Positions 20,246 to 29,317 are shown, numbered from the stretch's first letter. The stretch is DNA of 64,000 nt from Bacteroidales bacterium (GCA_035389045.1 DAOORA010000001.1:84017-148016); one strand, 5' to 3'. Translations and numbers: made by a program. Notes: generated by a model not told the origin, from the letters alone.

Positions 20246-21076
20246 TTACCGGTTGGAATATACAGAGGCACACCACGAATTCATGGTAATATAACGTTCA
20301 TGATGCAGTCCGCATTGTTCAGTTTTTTGGTTTATCTGTAAAACATCGGATTCATAAAAACCGCTCAAAAGTAAAGTCCCTCCTTTTTTTAAGGCAGAGG
20401 CATAGGCCGGAATATCGCTGAGCAGCACGTTGCGGTTTATGTTAGCCAGTATCAGGTCAAACTGTTGTGCTCCGATCAGGGCTGCGTCGCCGTGCATTAC
20501 CCTGATTTCAGACACATGGTTTCTTTCGATATTTTCGATTGCATTGCTGAAAGCCCATTCATCATTGTCAACAGCCATAACTTCAGATGCGCCCATTTTT
20601 TTGGCCAGGATAGCCAGCACAGCTGTCCCGCAGCCCATGTCGAGCACATCTTTCCCGCAGACATTCTGTTCCATCAGCAACACCGACATCATGTGGGTTG
20701 TTTCGTGATGGCCGGTGCCAAACGACATTTTAGGTTCAATGATGATCTCGTAACGGATTCCGGCCAGGACAGGATGAAAAGGCGCCCGGATATAACATTC
20801 ACTGCCGATCAGTACCGGTTCAAAATTGGTTTCCCATATGGCATTCCAGTTTTGTTCAGGGATTTTGTTCAGGGCATAGGTAATTCTTATTTCTTTATTG
20901 CTGAATATTTCCAGCGCTTCAAAGGTTGCTATATCAAAATTTTTTTCAGGAATATAAGCCGAAAATCCCTTTTCTGTATCAGCAAAACTTTCAAATCCAT
21001 AATCCGACAACAGGGCAATAACTATTTCAGAAAACCTGGGGGGAAATACGATACAGTTCAGTTCAAGATAGTTCAT
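20246..21076 (-). CDS. prmA: Ribosomal protein L11 methyltransferase
   Basis: 276 aa with FGTGHHETT and a SAM-binding VLDMGCGTAVLAI. It overlaps the tpiA stop by 4 nt. Confidence 0.9.
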   Translation of the reverse strand: MNYLELNCIVFPPRFSEIVIALLSDYGFESFADTEKGFSAYIPEKNFDIATFEALEIFSNKEIRITYALNKIPEQNWNAIWETNFEPVLIGSECYIRAPFHPVLAGIRYEIIIEPKMSFGTGHHETTHMMSVLLMEQNVCGKDVLDMGCGTAVLAILAKKMGASEVMAVDNDEWAFSNAIENIERNHVSEIRVMHGDAALIGAQQFDLILANINRNVLLSDIPAYASALKKGGTLLLSGFYESDVLQINQKTEQCGLHHERYITMNSWCASVYSNR

Positions 21077-21861
21077 TTATTGGTATTTGAAAGAGTCTCA
21101 ATCATAGAAACAAAATCTCCTGCTTTAAGCGATGCGCCGCCGATAAGCCCGCCATCCACATCGGGCATGGCAAAAAGCGATGCTGCATTGGCGGCATTAC
21201 AACTTCCGCCGTAAAGTATGGAAATATTATTTATGGTTTTTCTTCCAAATTTGACACCGATAAGCTGTCTGATAAAAGAATGCATTTCCTGCGCCTGTTC
21301 GGGTGTTGCAGTAAGCCCTGTCCCGATAGCCCAAACAGGTTCATAGGCAATTATGATCCTGCGGAAATCATTTTCTTTCATCAGAAAAACTGTATCGGCG
21401 AGTTGTTGCCTTACCACTTTGAAATGTCTTTCCGACTGCCTTTCATGGATGAGCTCACCGATACAGAATATGGGCCTGAGGTTATTCTTTAATGCTAAAT
21501 CAACTTTTTTCATCAGCATCTGGCTGTTTTCACGGAAATAGTTCCTTCGTTCCGAATGGCCGATGATCACATATTTTGCGCCAATGGAAGATATCATGGC
21601 TGCCGATACTTCACCCGTATAAGCTCCTTTTTCTTCCGAATAACAGTTTTGGGCTGCAATGTATATACCCTGTTTGCCTTTGATAAGATCCTTGCAGAGA
21701 TTAAGGTATGGATAGGGCGGCGCAAGGACAATATCAAGTAAATCGCGGTTCGTGATGTTTGTGCTTTGTTCAAGCCCGTTCAATATCCCTTCAACCAACG
21801 ATGTGGCCTCCGGCAGGGTGTTGTTCATTTTCCAGTTGCCTGCAATAATTTTTCTTCTCAT
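21073..21861 (-). CDS. tpiA: Triose-phosphate isomerase
   Basis: AGNWKMN, IIGHSERR, YEPVWAIGTG and GGASL motifs. Confidence 0.95.
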   Translation of the reverse strand: MRRKIIAGNWKMNNTLPEATSLVEGILNGLEQSTNITNRDLLDIVLAPPYPYLNLCKDLIKGKQGIYIAAQNCYSEEKGAYTGEVSAAMISSIGAKYVIIGHSERRNYFRENSQMLMKKVDLALKNNLRPIFCIGELIHERQSERHFKVVRQQLADTVFLMKENDFRRIIIAYEPVWAIGTGLTATPEQAQEMHSFIRQLIGVKFGRKTINNISILYGGSCNAANAASLFAMPDVDGGLIGGASLKAGDFVSMIETLSNTNK

Positions 21862-22150
21862 GATTTTTGCTGTTGATCTTTATTAGCAAAAATACAGTTT
21901 AACAGTTTAATATGATCATAAAATAAAAAAAAATACTACAACTTTATTAACGGTTCTTTTCTTTGTTATTTTTCAATGCTGAATATCAAGTTGTACAAAG
22001 GATAAATTCATGATGGGCAATGCCGGCCCGAAATTTCAAAAATTACCTGCAGAAACAACTACAAAGTCAGGGTTGTGTGTAATCTCTCCCTATTGCTTGA
22101 CAAACATAATTTATGGACTGACTGGCTTAACGTCACATTCTGTGATATTA

Positions 22151-22615
22151 TTACTGCAATTTAAAAGAGATGGGTAACGTCATCTCAACATCCACGGCAT
22201 CGCCTTTGTTCTCGCCGGGGATCCAGTCGGGCATTAAAGATATCACGCGTAATGCTTCTTTATCAAGCAATTCATTTCCATTTTCCTTAACCCTTACACT
22301 ATCGAGCTTACCTGTTTTTGTGACCAGGAAATCTACTAAAACTTTGCCCTGTGTTCCGCTTTTTTTGGCTGCTTCCGGATATCTTACATTGTCGATGATG
22401 AATTTTGTCATAGCAGCTTCGCCACCGGGAAATTCAGGCATTTTGTCAATCACGGTGTCCCGTTTGACAGTTTCCTGAGCATCGGAGGTGCCCGGTGAAT
22501 TCACTTTGTCAGCGCTGTTGCTGCACGAAAATGTCATAAACAACAAACCAGCCATTAATGATAAAAACAACTTTGTAAACGACAGCGAATGTCCTGATCG
22601 GTTTCTTTTTTTCAT
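22151..22615 (-). CDS. TonB C-terminal domain protein (energy transducer TonB family), lipoprotein-type signal
   Basis: PEFPGGEAAMTKFI..NVRYPEAAKKSGTQGKVLVDFLV...G is the TonB_C fold signature. The N-terminus has ...TFSCSNS. Confidence 0.8.
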   Translation of the reverse strand: MKKRNRSGHSLSFTKLFLSLMAGLLFMTFSCSNSADKVNSPGTSDAQETVKRDTVIDKMPEFPGGEAAMTKFIIDNVRYPEAAKKSGTQGKVLVDFLVTKTGKLDSVRVKENGNELLDKEALRVISLMPDWIPGENKGDAVDVEMTLPISFKLQ

Positions 22616-22678
22616 AATATTAGTTTTAAGTGTAGTACGAAGTTATAACCAAAACATATTCAAACACATAGGCAAGTT

Positions 22679-22708
22679 GTTACCGGTGAAAAAAAATAAG
22701 TTACCGGT
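22679..22708. promoter_or_regulatory. Two direct copies of GTTACCGGT spaced 21 bp apart, between the divergent tonB-like gene and clpB
   Basis: GTTACCGGT occurs at 22679-22687 and 22700-22708. Each copy contains the palindrome ACCGGT, and the spacing is two helical turns. Confidence 0.3.
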
Positions 22709-22806
22709 AGTAATAAACAAGAAACAGGGGAATCAATGCTTCTATTCTAAACCAATATCGCATAAATTACATTTTTATTTATTATATTTTTATTGTGGTG
22801 CTTCTG

Positions 22807-22814
22807 TAAATTTG
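22807..22814 (+). promoter_or_regulatory. Bacteroidota -7 promoter box TAAATTTG upstream of clpB
   Basis: Matches TAnnTTTG, about 97 nt upstream of the clpB ATG. Confidence 0.4.
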
Positions 22815-22910
22815 TCGTTATACATGTAAAAATGACAGTATAAAACCCTCCTTCCCTTTGCCGGCATTGCTTTTGATAGGTCGTGACAGGAATTAATAAG
22901 GAAAATAAAA

Positions 22911-25490
22911 ATGAACTTCAACAATTTTACAATAAAAACGCAGGAAGCTGTTCAAAAAGCTCAGGAAATAGCCACCGCTTTTCAGCACCAGCAAATTGAA
23001 AACGCCCATTTGCTCAAAGGGATGCTTCATGTGGATGAAAATGTGGTACCTTATCTCTTACAAAAAATTAATGTTAACGTGCCGGTCTTCAAAAAAGCGC
23101 TGGACCAGATCATGGCTTCTTTTCCAAAGGTATCAGGAGGAGAACAATATCTTTCGCGTGATGCAAACAAGGCCGTATCAAAGGCCACGGATATCGCAAA
23201 AGAAATGGGGGATGAGTTTGTCGCCATCGAACATTTACTTCTTGCGATGTTGTCCTGTGACGACACTGCGGCACACCTGCTGAAAGACAATGGCGTTAAT
23301 GTAAAGGACCTGCGTTCCGCCATTACTGAACTGCGAAGGGGATCAAAGGTTAACAGTCAGTCGGCAGAAGACACCTATAACGCGTTGAATAAATATGCCC
23401 GCAACCTCAACGACCTTGCCCGTTCCGGCAAACTCGACCCCGTTATCGGGCGTGATGATGAGATACGGCGTGTACTGCAGATTTTGTCGCGCCGTACCAA
23501 AAACAACCCTATCCTGATCGGTGAGCCAGGTGTCGGAAAAACAGCTATTGCCGAAGGTATAGCGCACCGCATTATACAGGGCGACATACCTGAAAACCTT
23601 AAATCGAAACAACTGTATTCACTGGATATGGGGGCGCTGATCGCCGGTGCAAAATACAAAGGGGAATTTGAGGAAAGATTGAAAAGTGTGATCAGGGAGG
23701 TGATATCATCGGAAGGTGAACTAATTCTGTTCATTGATGAGATACACACACTGGTAGGTGCAGGCGCCAGCGAAGGCGCCATGGATGCCGCCAACATACT
23801 GAAGCCGGCGCTGGCCCGCGGGGAATTACGGGCGATTGGCGCTACAACACTTAAAGAATATCAGAAATATTTTGAAAAAGATAAAGCGCTCGAACGACGT
23901 TTCCAGATGGTGATGGTTGACGAGCCATCGGCTGCAGATTCCATTTCTATTCTCCGAGGGCTCAAATCGAGGTATGAAACGTATCACCAGGTGCGTATCA
24001 AAGATGAAGCCATCATCGCCGCGGTGGAACTTTCGCAGCGGTACATCAGCGAACGTTTCCTGCCCGACAAAGCCATAGACCTGATTGATGAAGCGGCAGC
24101 AAGACTGCGTATTGAGATCAATTCCGTGCCCGAAGAATTGGATGAAGTAGACCGTCATATACGTCAGATGGAAATTGAACGTGAAGCTATCAAACGCGAA
24201 AACGACAAAGAAAAACTCGAATCGCTGAACAATGAAATCGCTGCTATGAAGGATGAACACAGCCGTTTGAAAGCCAAATGGCAACAGGAGAAGGAAATTG
24301 TGGAAAACATTCAGCAACGTAAGAAAGAAATAGAGAATTATAAGTTTGAAGCCGATGCCGCCGAACGTGAAGGCAATTATGGGCTTGTAGCAGAGCTGAG
24401 GTATGGTAAGATCAAGGAGGCAGAAAAGGAACTGGAAAAACTGATGGAGCAAAAAACTGGCGCGGTAATGATCAACGAAGAAGTTGATGCGGAACAGATA
24501 GCCGTGGTGGTTTCCAAATGGACAGGAATCCCGGTGAATAAGATGCTGGAAAGTGAAAAAGAAAAATTGCTGCATCTGGAACTAGAGCTGCATAACAGGG
24601 TTGTCGGGCAGGAGGATGCCATTACCGCCGTTTCGGATGCCATACGCCGCAGCCGTGCCGGATTACAGGATTCCAGAAAACCCATAGGGTCGTTTTTATT
24701 TTTGGGCACCACCGGTGTGGGAAAAACAGAACTGGCTAAAGCCCTGGCTGAATTTCTTTTTAACGATGAAAACTCGATGGTACGTATTGACATGTCGGAA
24801 TACCAGGAACGCCACACGGTTTCGAGGCTGGTAGGCGCCCCTCCGGGATATGTGGGTTACGAAGAGAGCGGACAACTTACCGAGGCTGTCCGCCGCAAAC
24901 CGTTTTCGGTGGTTTTACTGGATGAAATAGAAAAAGCTCATCCCGATGTGTTCAACATACTGCTGCAGGTGCTCGATGATGGCCGGCTTACCGACAATAA
25001 GGGAAGAACTGCCGATTTCAGAAATACCATTATCATAATGACCTCTAATATCGGTTCACATATCATACAGGAAAAATTCTCCGTCCTGACCGATAAAAAC
25101 AGGGATAAAATCCTCAGTGACACCCGCACAGAAGTCCTGGGACTGCTGAAACAGACCATACGTCCAGAATTCCTGAACCGTATAGATGAGGTCATCATGT
25201 TCAACCCGCTGACACAGGATGAAATCAGGCAGATCGTCATCATGCAGCTTGGGAATGTTCAAAAAATGCTAGAACAGAACGGTATAATCCTGAAAGTAAC
25301 CGATATAGCCATTGATAGAATTGCAGCATTGGGTTATGATCCCAATTATGGAGCACGCCCTGTAAAACGTGTAATTCAGCAGGAAGTGATGAATAAGCTG
25401 GCCAAACAGATCATTGCCGGCACTGTGGTAAAAGACAGCCAGGTGGAATTACGGCTTAAAAACGGTGACTTTGAATTTGTAAATCTGTAA
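22911..25490 (+). CDS. clpB: ATP-dependent chaperone/disaggregase ClpB
   Basis: 859 aa with a Clp_N domain, two AAA+ modules (GEPGVGKT, GTTGVGKT), a long coiled-coil middle domain, and GARPVKR near the C-terminus. Confidence 0.97.
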   Translation: MNFNNFTIKTQEAVQKAQEIATAFQHQQIENAHLLKGMLHVDENVVPYLLQKINVNVPVFKKALDQIMASFPKVSGGEQYLSRDANKAVSKATDIAKEMGDEFVAIEHLLLAMLSCDDTAAHLLKDNGVNVKDLRSAITELRRGSKVNSQSAEDTYNALNKYARNLNDLARSGKLDPVIGRDDEIRRVLQILSRRTKNNPILIGEPGVGKTAIAEGIAHRIIQGDIPENLKSKQLYSLDMGALIAGAKYKGEFEERLKSVIREVISSEGELILFIDEIHTLVGAGASEGAMDAANILKPALARGELRAIGATTLKEYQKYFEKDKALERRFQMVMVDEPSAADSISILRGLKSRYETYHQVRIKDEAIIAAVELSQRYISERFLPDKAIDLIDEAAARLRIEINSVPEELDEVDRHIRQMEIEREAIKRENDKEKLESLNNEIAAMKDEHSRLKAKWQQEKEIVENIQQRKKEIENYKFEADAAEREGNYGLVAELRYGKIKEAEKELEKLMEQKTGAVMINEEVDAEQIAVVVSKWTGIPVNKMLESEKEKLLHLELELHNRVVGQEDAITAVSDAIRRSRAGLQDSRKPIGSFLFLGTTGVGKTELAKALAEFLFNDENSMVRIDMSEYQERHTVSRLVGAPPGYVGYEESGQLTEAVRRKPFSVVLLDEIEKAHPDVFNILLQVLDDGRLTDNKGRTADFRNTIIIMTSNIGSHIIQEKFSVLTDKNRDKILSDTRTEVLGLLKQTIRPEFLNRIDEVIMFNPLTQDEIRQIVIMQLGNVQKMLEQNGIILKVTDIAIDRIAALGYDPNYGARPVKRVIQQEVMNKLAKQIIAGTVVKDSQVELRLKNGDFEFVNL

Positions 25491-25498
25491 ATCTGTAA

Positions 25499-25862
25499 AC
25501 CTGAGTTCGGGATAAATAAATCATTTTGTTATGTCAAAACACAGGCTATTAAATTGATAGTATTTGCCGTAGGCAATTAATATCAACCTTAAATCCGCAA
25601 GAATTTGTTAATCTATTGATAGTCACGGGGTGACTTAAAACTGTAATTATATGAAATGCCAGATAATCAATTAGTCACCCCGTGACTTGCAAATTTGAGG
25701 ATCAATAGAAAATCAACAATGTGCGGCATATTTTGTCCGTAGGACATAAACCATATTCAATGTTAATCTCCTGACGGAGAATAAATGTTTCCGTTATTTG
25801 ATTTCTATTGATATTTAAATCCTAACGGATTATGACAATATGTTCTTAACCCGAACTCAGGT
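25499..25862. mobile_element. MITE-like element A, copy 1 (about 245-bp core plus nested element C)
   Basis: Terminal inverted repeats ACCTGAGTTCGGG (25499-25511) and CCCGAACTCAGGT (25850-25862). 5-bp direct repeat TGTAA at 25494-25498 and 25863-25867. A second copy lies at 47432-48018. No ORF inside. Confidence 0.8.
25587..25700. mobile_element. Nested MITE-like element C (114 bp) inside element A copy 1
   Basis: Absent from the otherwise collinear copy at 47.4-48.0 kb. Flanked by ATCAA (25582-25586 and 25701-25705). Its ends CCTTAAATCCGCAAG and CTTGCAAATTTGAGG are inverted (12 of 15). It contains AGTCACGGGGTGACT and its exact reverse complement AGTCACCCCGTGACT. Confidence 0.55.
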
Positions 25863-25899
25863 TGTAAAGTTCAGCAGAAGGATTTGCCGGGATTGGGGA

Positions 25900-26892
25900 T
25901 TAAACTTTCAGTTTCTTTTCCGGCCTCAGAAATATCCTGTACATAAACCGATCCGGCGCATTACGTGTCAGGCGGACCAGTATGAATAAAACCAGGGTAG
26001 TCAGGAGCAGGCGAATGACAAAAACACCGGTAAATGAGGCGCCCAGGGAAACCATCAGTATGGTGTCTTCAATCACACTATGACATAAGCCCATCAGCAC
26101 CATGGCATAAAGTATGTCTTTTTTAGGAATGTCATGTCTGGATTTCACTTCGCTAATGATAAGCGCCCCGCCATAGACAACCCCGAGTGTAAGGCCCACC
26201 AGGGCAATGGCGCTTACCTCCCTGCCTATGCCAATAAACTTCAGAAAAGGATTCAATGCACGGGTAATGACATCAATAAAGCCGATTTTTTTTAAGATCT
26301 TCAGCAACAGCATCAGGCAAAAGATGAAGATCACGATCACTCCATAGTTTTTTAATTCAGCGAGAGCCCAGGAGGCAAGTGACGTATCGGCCTGTGTTTC
26401 GGGGCGCCAGGCTATATGAGTTGTTTCCGTGCCCAGGCCCAGCAAGCTATACAAATGAAAAATAAAAAAACCAAAAAGATAGGCAAAAAACAACCGAATG
26501 AAAAACATGGCAGCAAGCCGCACACCGGTTTTGCGGGCTATCGTAAGTTCAATAGGAAAGGTATGGGCCACTAACATCATGATGCTTATAGTAGTAACCT
26601 GGGCAACAGACATATCCATGCTGCCGGAAATATTCAGAAAGGCGATGATGCCTCCGAAAAGGTTGGTGACCATGCCTGTTGCCCAAACCAGCCCCATTTC
26701 ACCGGGCAGTCCGACAAATTTCATCACCGGATAAAGCACATCACCGATGACCTGGATGAAGCCGAGCATTTGAAGGATTTTTACTATTATGGAGACCGGT
26801 ATCATGATGCGGAACAGTACCAGCACAGTTTGTAACACCTCTTTAAGCAAGGAGGTGAAAAAATCCGCCAGAGAACCAGAATTTTCGGTCAT
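25900..26892 (-). CDS. Nucleoside-recognition (Gate) domain membrane protein
   Basis: 330-aa polytopic protein with two gate-like halves (PGEMGLVWATGMVTNLFGG; GREVSAIALVGLTLGVVYGG). Confidence 0.6.
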   Translation of the reverse strand: MTENSGSLADFFTSLLKEVLQTVLVLFRIMIPVSIIVKILQMLGFIQVIGDVLYPVMKFVGLPGEMGLVWATGMVTNLFGGIIAFLNISGSMDMSVAQVTTISIMMLVAHTFPIELTIARKTGVRLAAMFFIRLFFAYLFGFFIFHLYSLLGLGTETTHIAWRPETQADTSLASWALAELKNYGVIVIFIFCLMLLLKILKKIGFIDVITRALNPFLKFIGIGREVSAIALVGLTLGVVYGGALIISEVKSRHDIPKKDILYAMVLMGLCHSVIEDTILMVSLGASFTGVFVIRLLLTTLVLFILVRLTRNAPDRFMYRIFLRPEKKLKV

Positions 26893-26943
26893 TTGTCAGT
26901 TCCTTGCAAGAAAGATCAAAATCATGGCCTGCGCAGGCTTGGG

Positions 26944-28491
26944 TTACCTGATCAACCTGAACATTTTTTTCAGGCGCAGGCGTTCAAAAAAGCTTTTCCG
27001 CTGTCTGATATCATTCAGGATTTGATTGTCGCAATTTTTTCCTTCGAGAGACAGCCAGACAAATACGGCCCTTCCGACAATATGATCTATGGGTACAAAG
27101 CCCCAGAACCGAGAATCAGCCGAATTATGCCGGTTATCGCCCATCATCCAGTAATAATCGAGTTTAAAGGTGTAGGTGCCGGCTTCTTTGCCATTGATAA
27201 GAATCTTATCCCCATTGATTTTCACGTCGTTATGCTCATAAATTTCGATGCAGCGCTGATAGAGAGAGATGTTCTTACTATTTATCGGAATAGTGGTTCC
27301 GGCCTTTGGAATGTATAACGGGCCATAATTGTCTTCGTTCCATTTGTAGTTTGAGTCAAAGGGGAAGGTATAAAAAGCCCAGTCGCCTTTGGGATAAATA
27401 ATTTTTTCAGCTTTTTTTACATAATTGAGTTTTTTTATACTTTCAGCAGATTCTGCAGTAAGTGTCATGACGAACTTGTCGTAATCTATCTGTGTAACGT
27501 CCTCGGTGATGTCCAGTTTGTCATACATACGTGCCGGTACAAGCGAAGAATCGGTTTGCACCATATATTTGTATTCTTTGATACCCATATCGGGCAGCGC
27601 CTTTCCGTTGATATAAACCACCTGTTCTTTGATCTCGAGTGTATCTCCGGGAATACCGATACACCTTTTGATATAGTTTTCGCGCTTATCCACCGGCCTG
27701 GCTACAATATCCCCGAACTTACGCTTGTTGTTCCATACCTCCTTATGCCCTGCTTCTCTGACAATGGAATAATAACTGCGGTTTTGCATATTCAGGGCCA
27801 CCGTGTCGCCGTCGGGATAATTGAAAACGACCACATCGTTATTCTTTATTTTTACCAGCCCCGGGAATCGATAGTAAGGGAGTTTTATCCATTCGAGGTA
27901 TGATTTTGTGAATTTGGTCATCGGCAACGTGTGATGAGCAAACGGAAACGACAGCGGGGTCATCGGGATGCGCGGCCCGTAGCTGATTTTGTCCACAAAC
28001 AGGTAATCGCCGATCAGCAGGGATTTCTCCATGGAAGAGGTGGGTATCGTATAGGCTTCGATAAAAAAAGTACGGATCACGGTGGCTGCGATCACGGCAA
28101 AAATTATGGCTTCGAGCCACTCACGCAACGCTGATTTTTTTATTGGTTTACGTTTGTCGGGATGTATATATTTTTCTTTTGAAACAAAAGCCAGATAAGG
28201 AAGATACGCGAAGGGTACCAATATGCTGAGCGCCTGTGCTCCGAGGCCGTTTTTATTAAAGCATTTCACCAGTTCCACGATCATGAGCATAATGGTAAAG
28301 ACATTGATGAAGGGCAGCAGAATAAAAATGAACCACCAGAGGGGCTTTTTGATGATTTTCAGCCACACATAAAAATTATAGAAGGGCACCAGTGCGATCC
28401 AGCCTTTTTGTCCGGCTTTTGCAAACAACCCCCATAAGCCGGCCATAGCCGCCACAAAAAATATTATCGTGAGAATAGCGTAAATACTCAT
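26944..28491 (-). CDS. lepB: Signal peptidase I, long Bacteroidota form with an extra N-terminal membrane domain
   Basis: Catalytic region IPTSSMEKSLLIGDYLFV (Ser) ... YIKRCIGIPGD (Lys) ... MMGDNRHNSADSRFWGFVP. The N-terminal ~110 aa form 3-4 TM helices resembling DUF5684. Confidence 0.9.
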   Translation of the reverse strand: MSIYAILTIIFFVAAMAGLWGLFAKAGQKGWIALVPFYNFYVWLKIIKKPLWWFIFILLPFINVFTIMLMIVELVKCFNKNGLGAQALSILVPFAYLPYLAFVSKEKYIHPDKRKPIKKSALREWLEAIIFAVIAATVIRTFFIEAYTIPTSSMEKSLLIGDYLFVDKISYGPRIPMTPLSFPFAHHTLPMTKFTKSYLEWIKLPYYRFPGLVKIKNNDVVVFNYPDGDTVALNMQNRSYYSIVREAGHKEVWNNKRKFGDIVARPVDKRENYIKRCIGIPGDTLEIKEQVVYINGKALPDMGIKEYKYMVQTDSSLVPARMYDKLDITEDVTQIDYDKFVMTLTAESAESIKKLNYVKKAEKIIYPKGDWAFYTFPFDSNYKWNEDNYGPLYIPKAGTTIPINSKNISLYQRCIEIYEHNDVKINGDKILINGKEAGTYTFKLDYYWMMGDNRHNSADSRFWGFVPIDHIVGRAVFVWLSLEGKNCDNQILNDIRQRKSFFERLRLKKMFRLIR

Positions 28492-28717
28492 GTGATTTCA
28501 GATTTGAGAATTAGGATTTCAGAATTAATAAAAGATCAATAATTATTAAGAATGCAATTTTATAAATTTGTTACAAAAATCTGTAAAAAAAACGAATAAA
28601 GAAACAAAAAGTTTAATTCATAGATGTTGTGCATCAAAATATCCGGCATTAAAGTTTTATAAACACTTTTTATGTTAACAAGTGGAAGAAAAAAAATAAA
28701 TAATTGAAAATGTTTTT

Positions 28718-28725
28718 TATTTTTG
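28718..28725 (+). promoter_or_regulatory. Bacteroidota -7 promoter box TATTTTTG
   Basis: Matches TAnnTTTG, 38 nt upstream of ATG 28763. Confidence 0.4.
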
Positions 28726-28762
28726 CACAAAGAAATAAATAAAGAAATAAAAACAAATAACT

Positions 28763-29317
28763 ATGAATTCAAAAGTTTTCACTACACGTTTTTGGTTTGT
28801 ACTATCAATCATCCTTGCAGGCGCTGCTATGCGACTGATTCCTCACTGGCCTAATTTCACCCCGATTGCAGCCATGGCTTTGTTGGGCGGCGCTTATATG
28901 GGCAGAAAATACCTGGCCTTTATTATTCCCCTGGCAGCCTTGTTATTAAGCGACCTGCTGCTCGGCTTTCACAGCACCATGCCTGCGGTGTATATCAGTT
29001 TTGTTATTACTGTTGTTCTGGGTATATATATGTTGCGTAATCCCAAAATTCTTAATATTATTGGTGCATCACTTATATCCACGGTATTGTTCTTTATTAT
29101 AACCAATTTTGCAGCATGGCTTGGCAGTCCACTGTATCCGCAAAATATAACAGGGCTTGCCGAATCCTATATAGCCGGGCTGGCATTTTTTAATAATGGT
29201 TCATTGGGAATTTCATTTTTTATGAATAGTCTTTTAGGCGATTTGTTCTACAACGGACTTTTCTTTGGCGTCTTTTACCTGGCACGCCTGCGTTTTCCGG
29301 TTCTTGCCAGAAGTTAA
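28763..29317 (+). CDS. DUF6580-like putative transporter component (membrane protein)
   Basis: 184 aa with 5-6 TM helices. The N-terminus RLIPHWPNFTPIAAMALLGGAYM is typical of that family. Confidence 0.6.
   Translation: MNSKVFTTRFWFVLSIILAGAAMRLIPHWPNFTPIAAMALLGGAYMGRKYLAFIIPLAALLLSDLLLGFHSTMPAVYISFVITVVLGIYMLRNPKILNIIGASLISTVLFFIITNFAAWLGSPLYPQNITGLAESYIAGLAFFNNGSLGISFFMNSLLGDLFYNGLFFGVFYLARLRFPVLARS

Noticed and set aside
20465-21214. 249-aa plus-strand ORF across prmA/tpiA
   Set aside because: It is antisense to two highly conserved housekeeping genes, so it is a shadow ORF.
22830-22910. RNA thermometer in the clpB leader (CCCTCCTTCCC versus AAGGAAAA near the ATG)
   Set aside because: The complementarity is short and discontinuous, and Shine-Dalgarno-dependent initiation is not expected in this lineage. 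The evidence is insufficient.
23826-24575. 249-aa minus-strand ORF (and other minus-strand ORFs at 23051-24817 and 24938-25262) inside clpB
   Set aside because: It is antisense to clpB. The low-complexity F/L-rich translation mirrors the E/K-rich coiled coil.
25483-25498. 8-bp target-site duplication (ATCTGTAA x2) for element A
   Set aside because: The right flank reads TGTAAAGT and not ATCTGTAA, so only TGTAA is duplicated across the element. The octamer tandem lies wholly on the left side and is a separate event.
25499-25862. CRISPR-like array, suggested by multiple short hairpin repeats
   Set aside because: The hairpins differ in sequence and spacing, there are no constant direct repeats with unique spacers, and there are no cas genes. 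The region is bounded by terminal inverted repeats and a target duplication, so it is a MITE.
26893-27318. 141-aa plus-strand ORF
   Set aside because: It is antisense to the lepB 3' region, which contains the GDNRHNSADSRFWG box.
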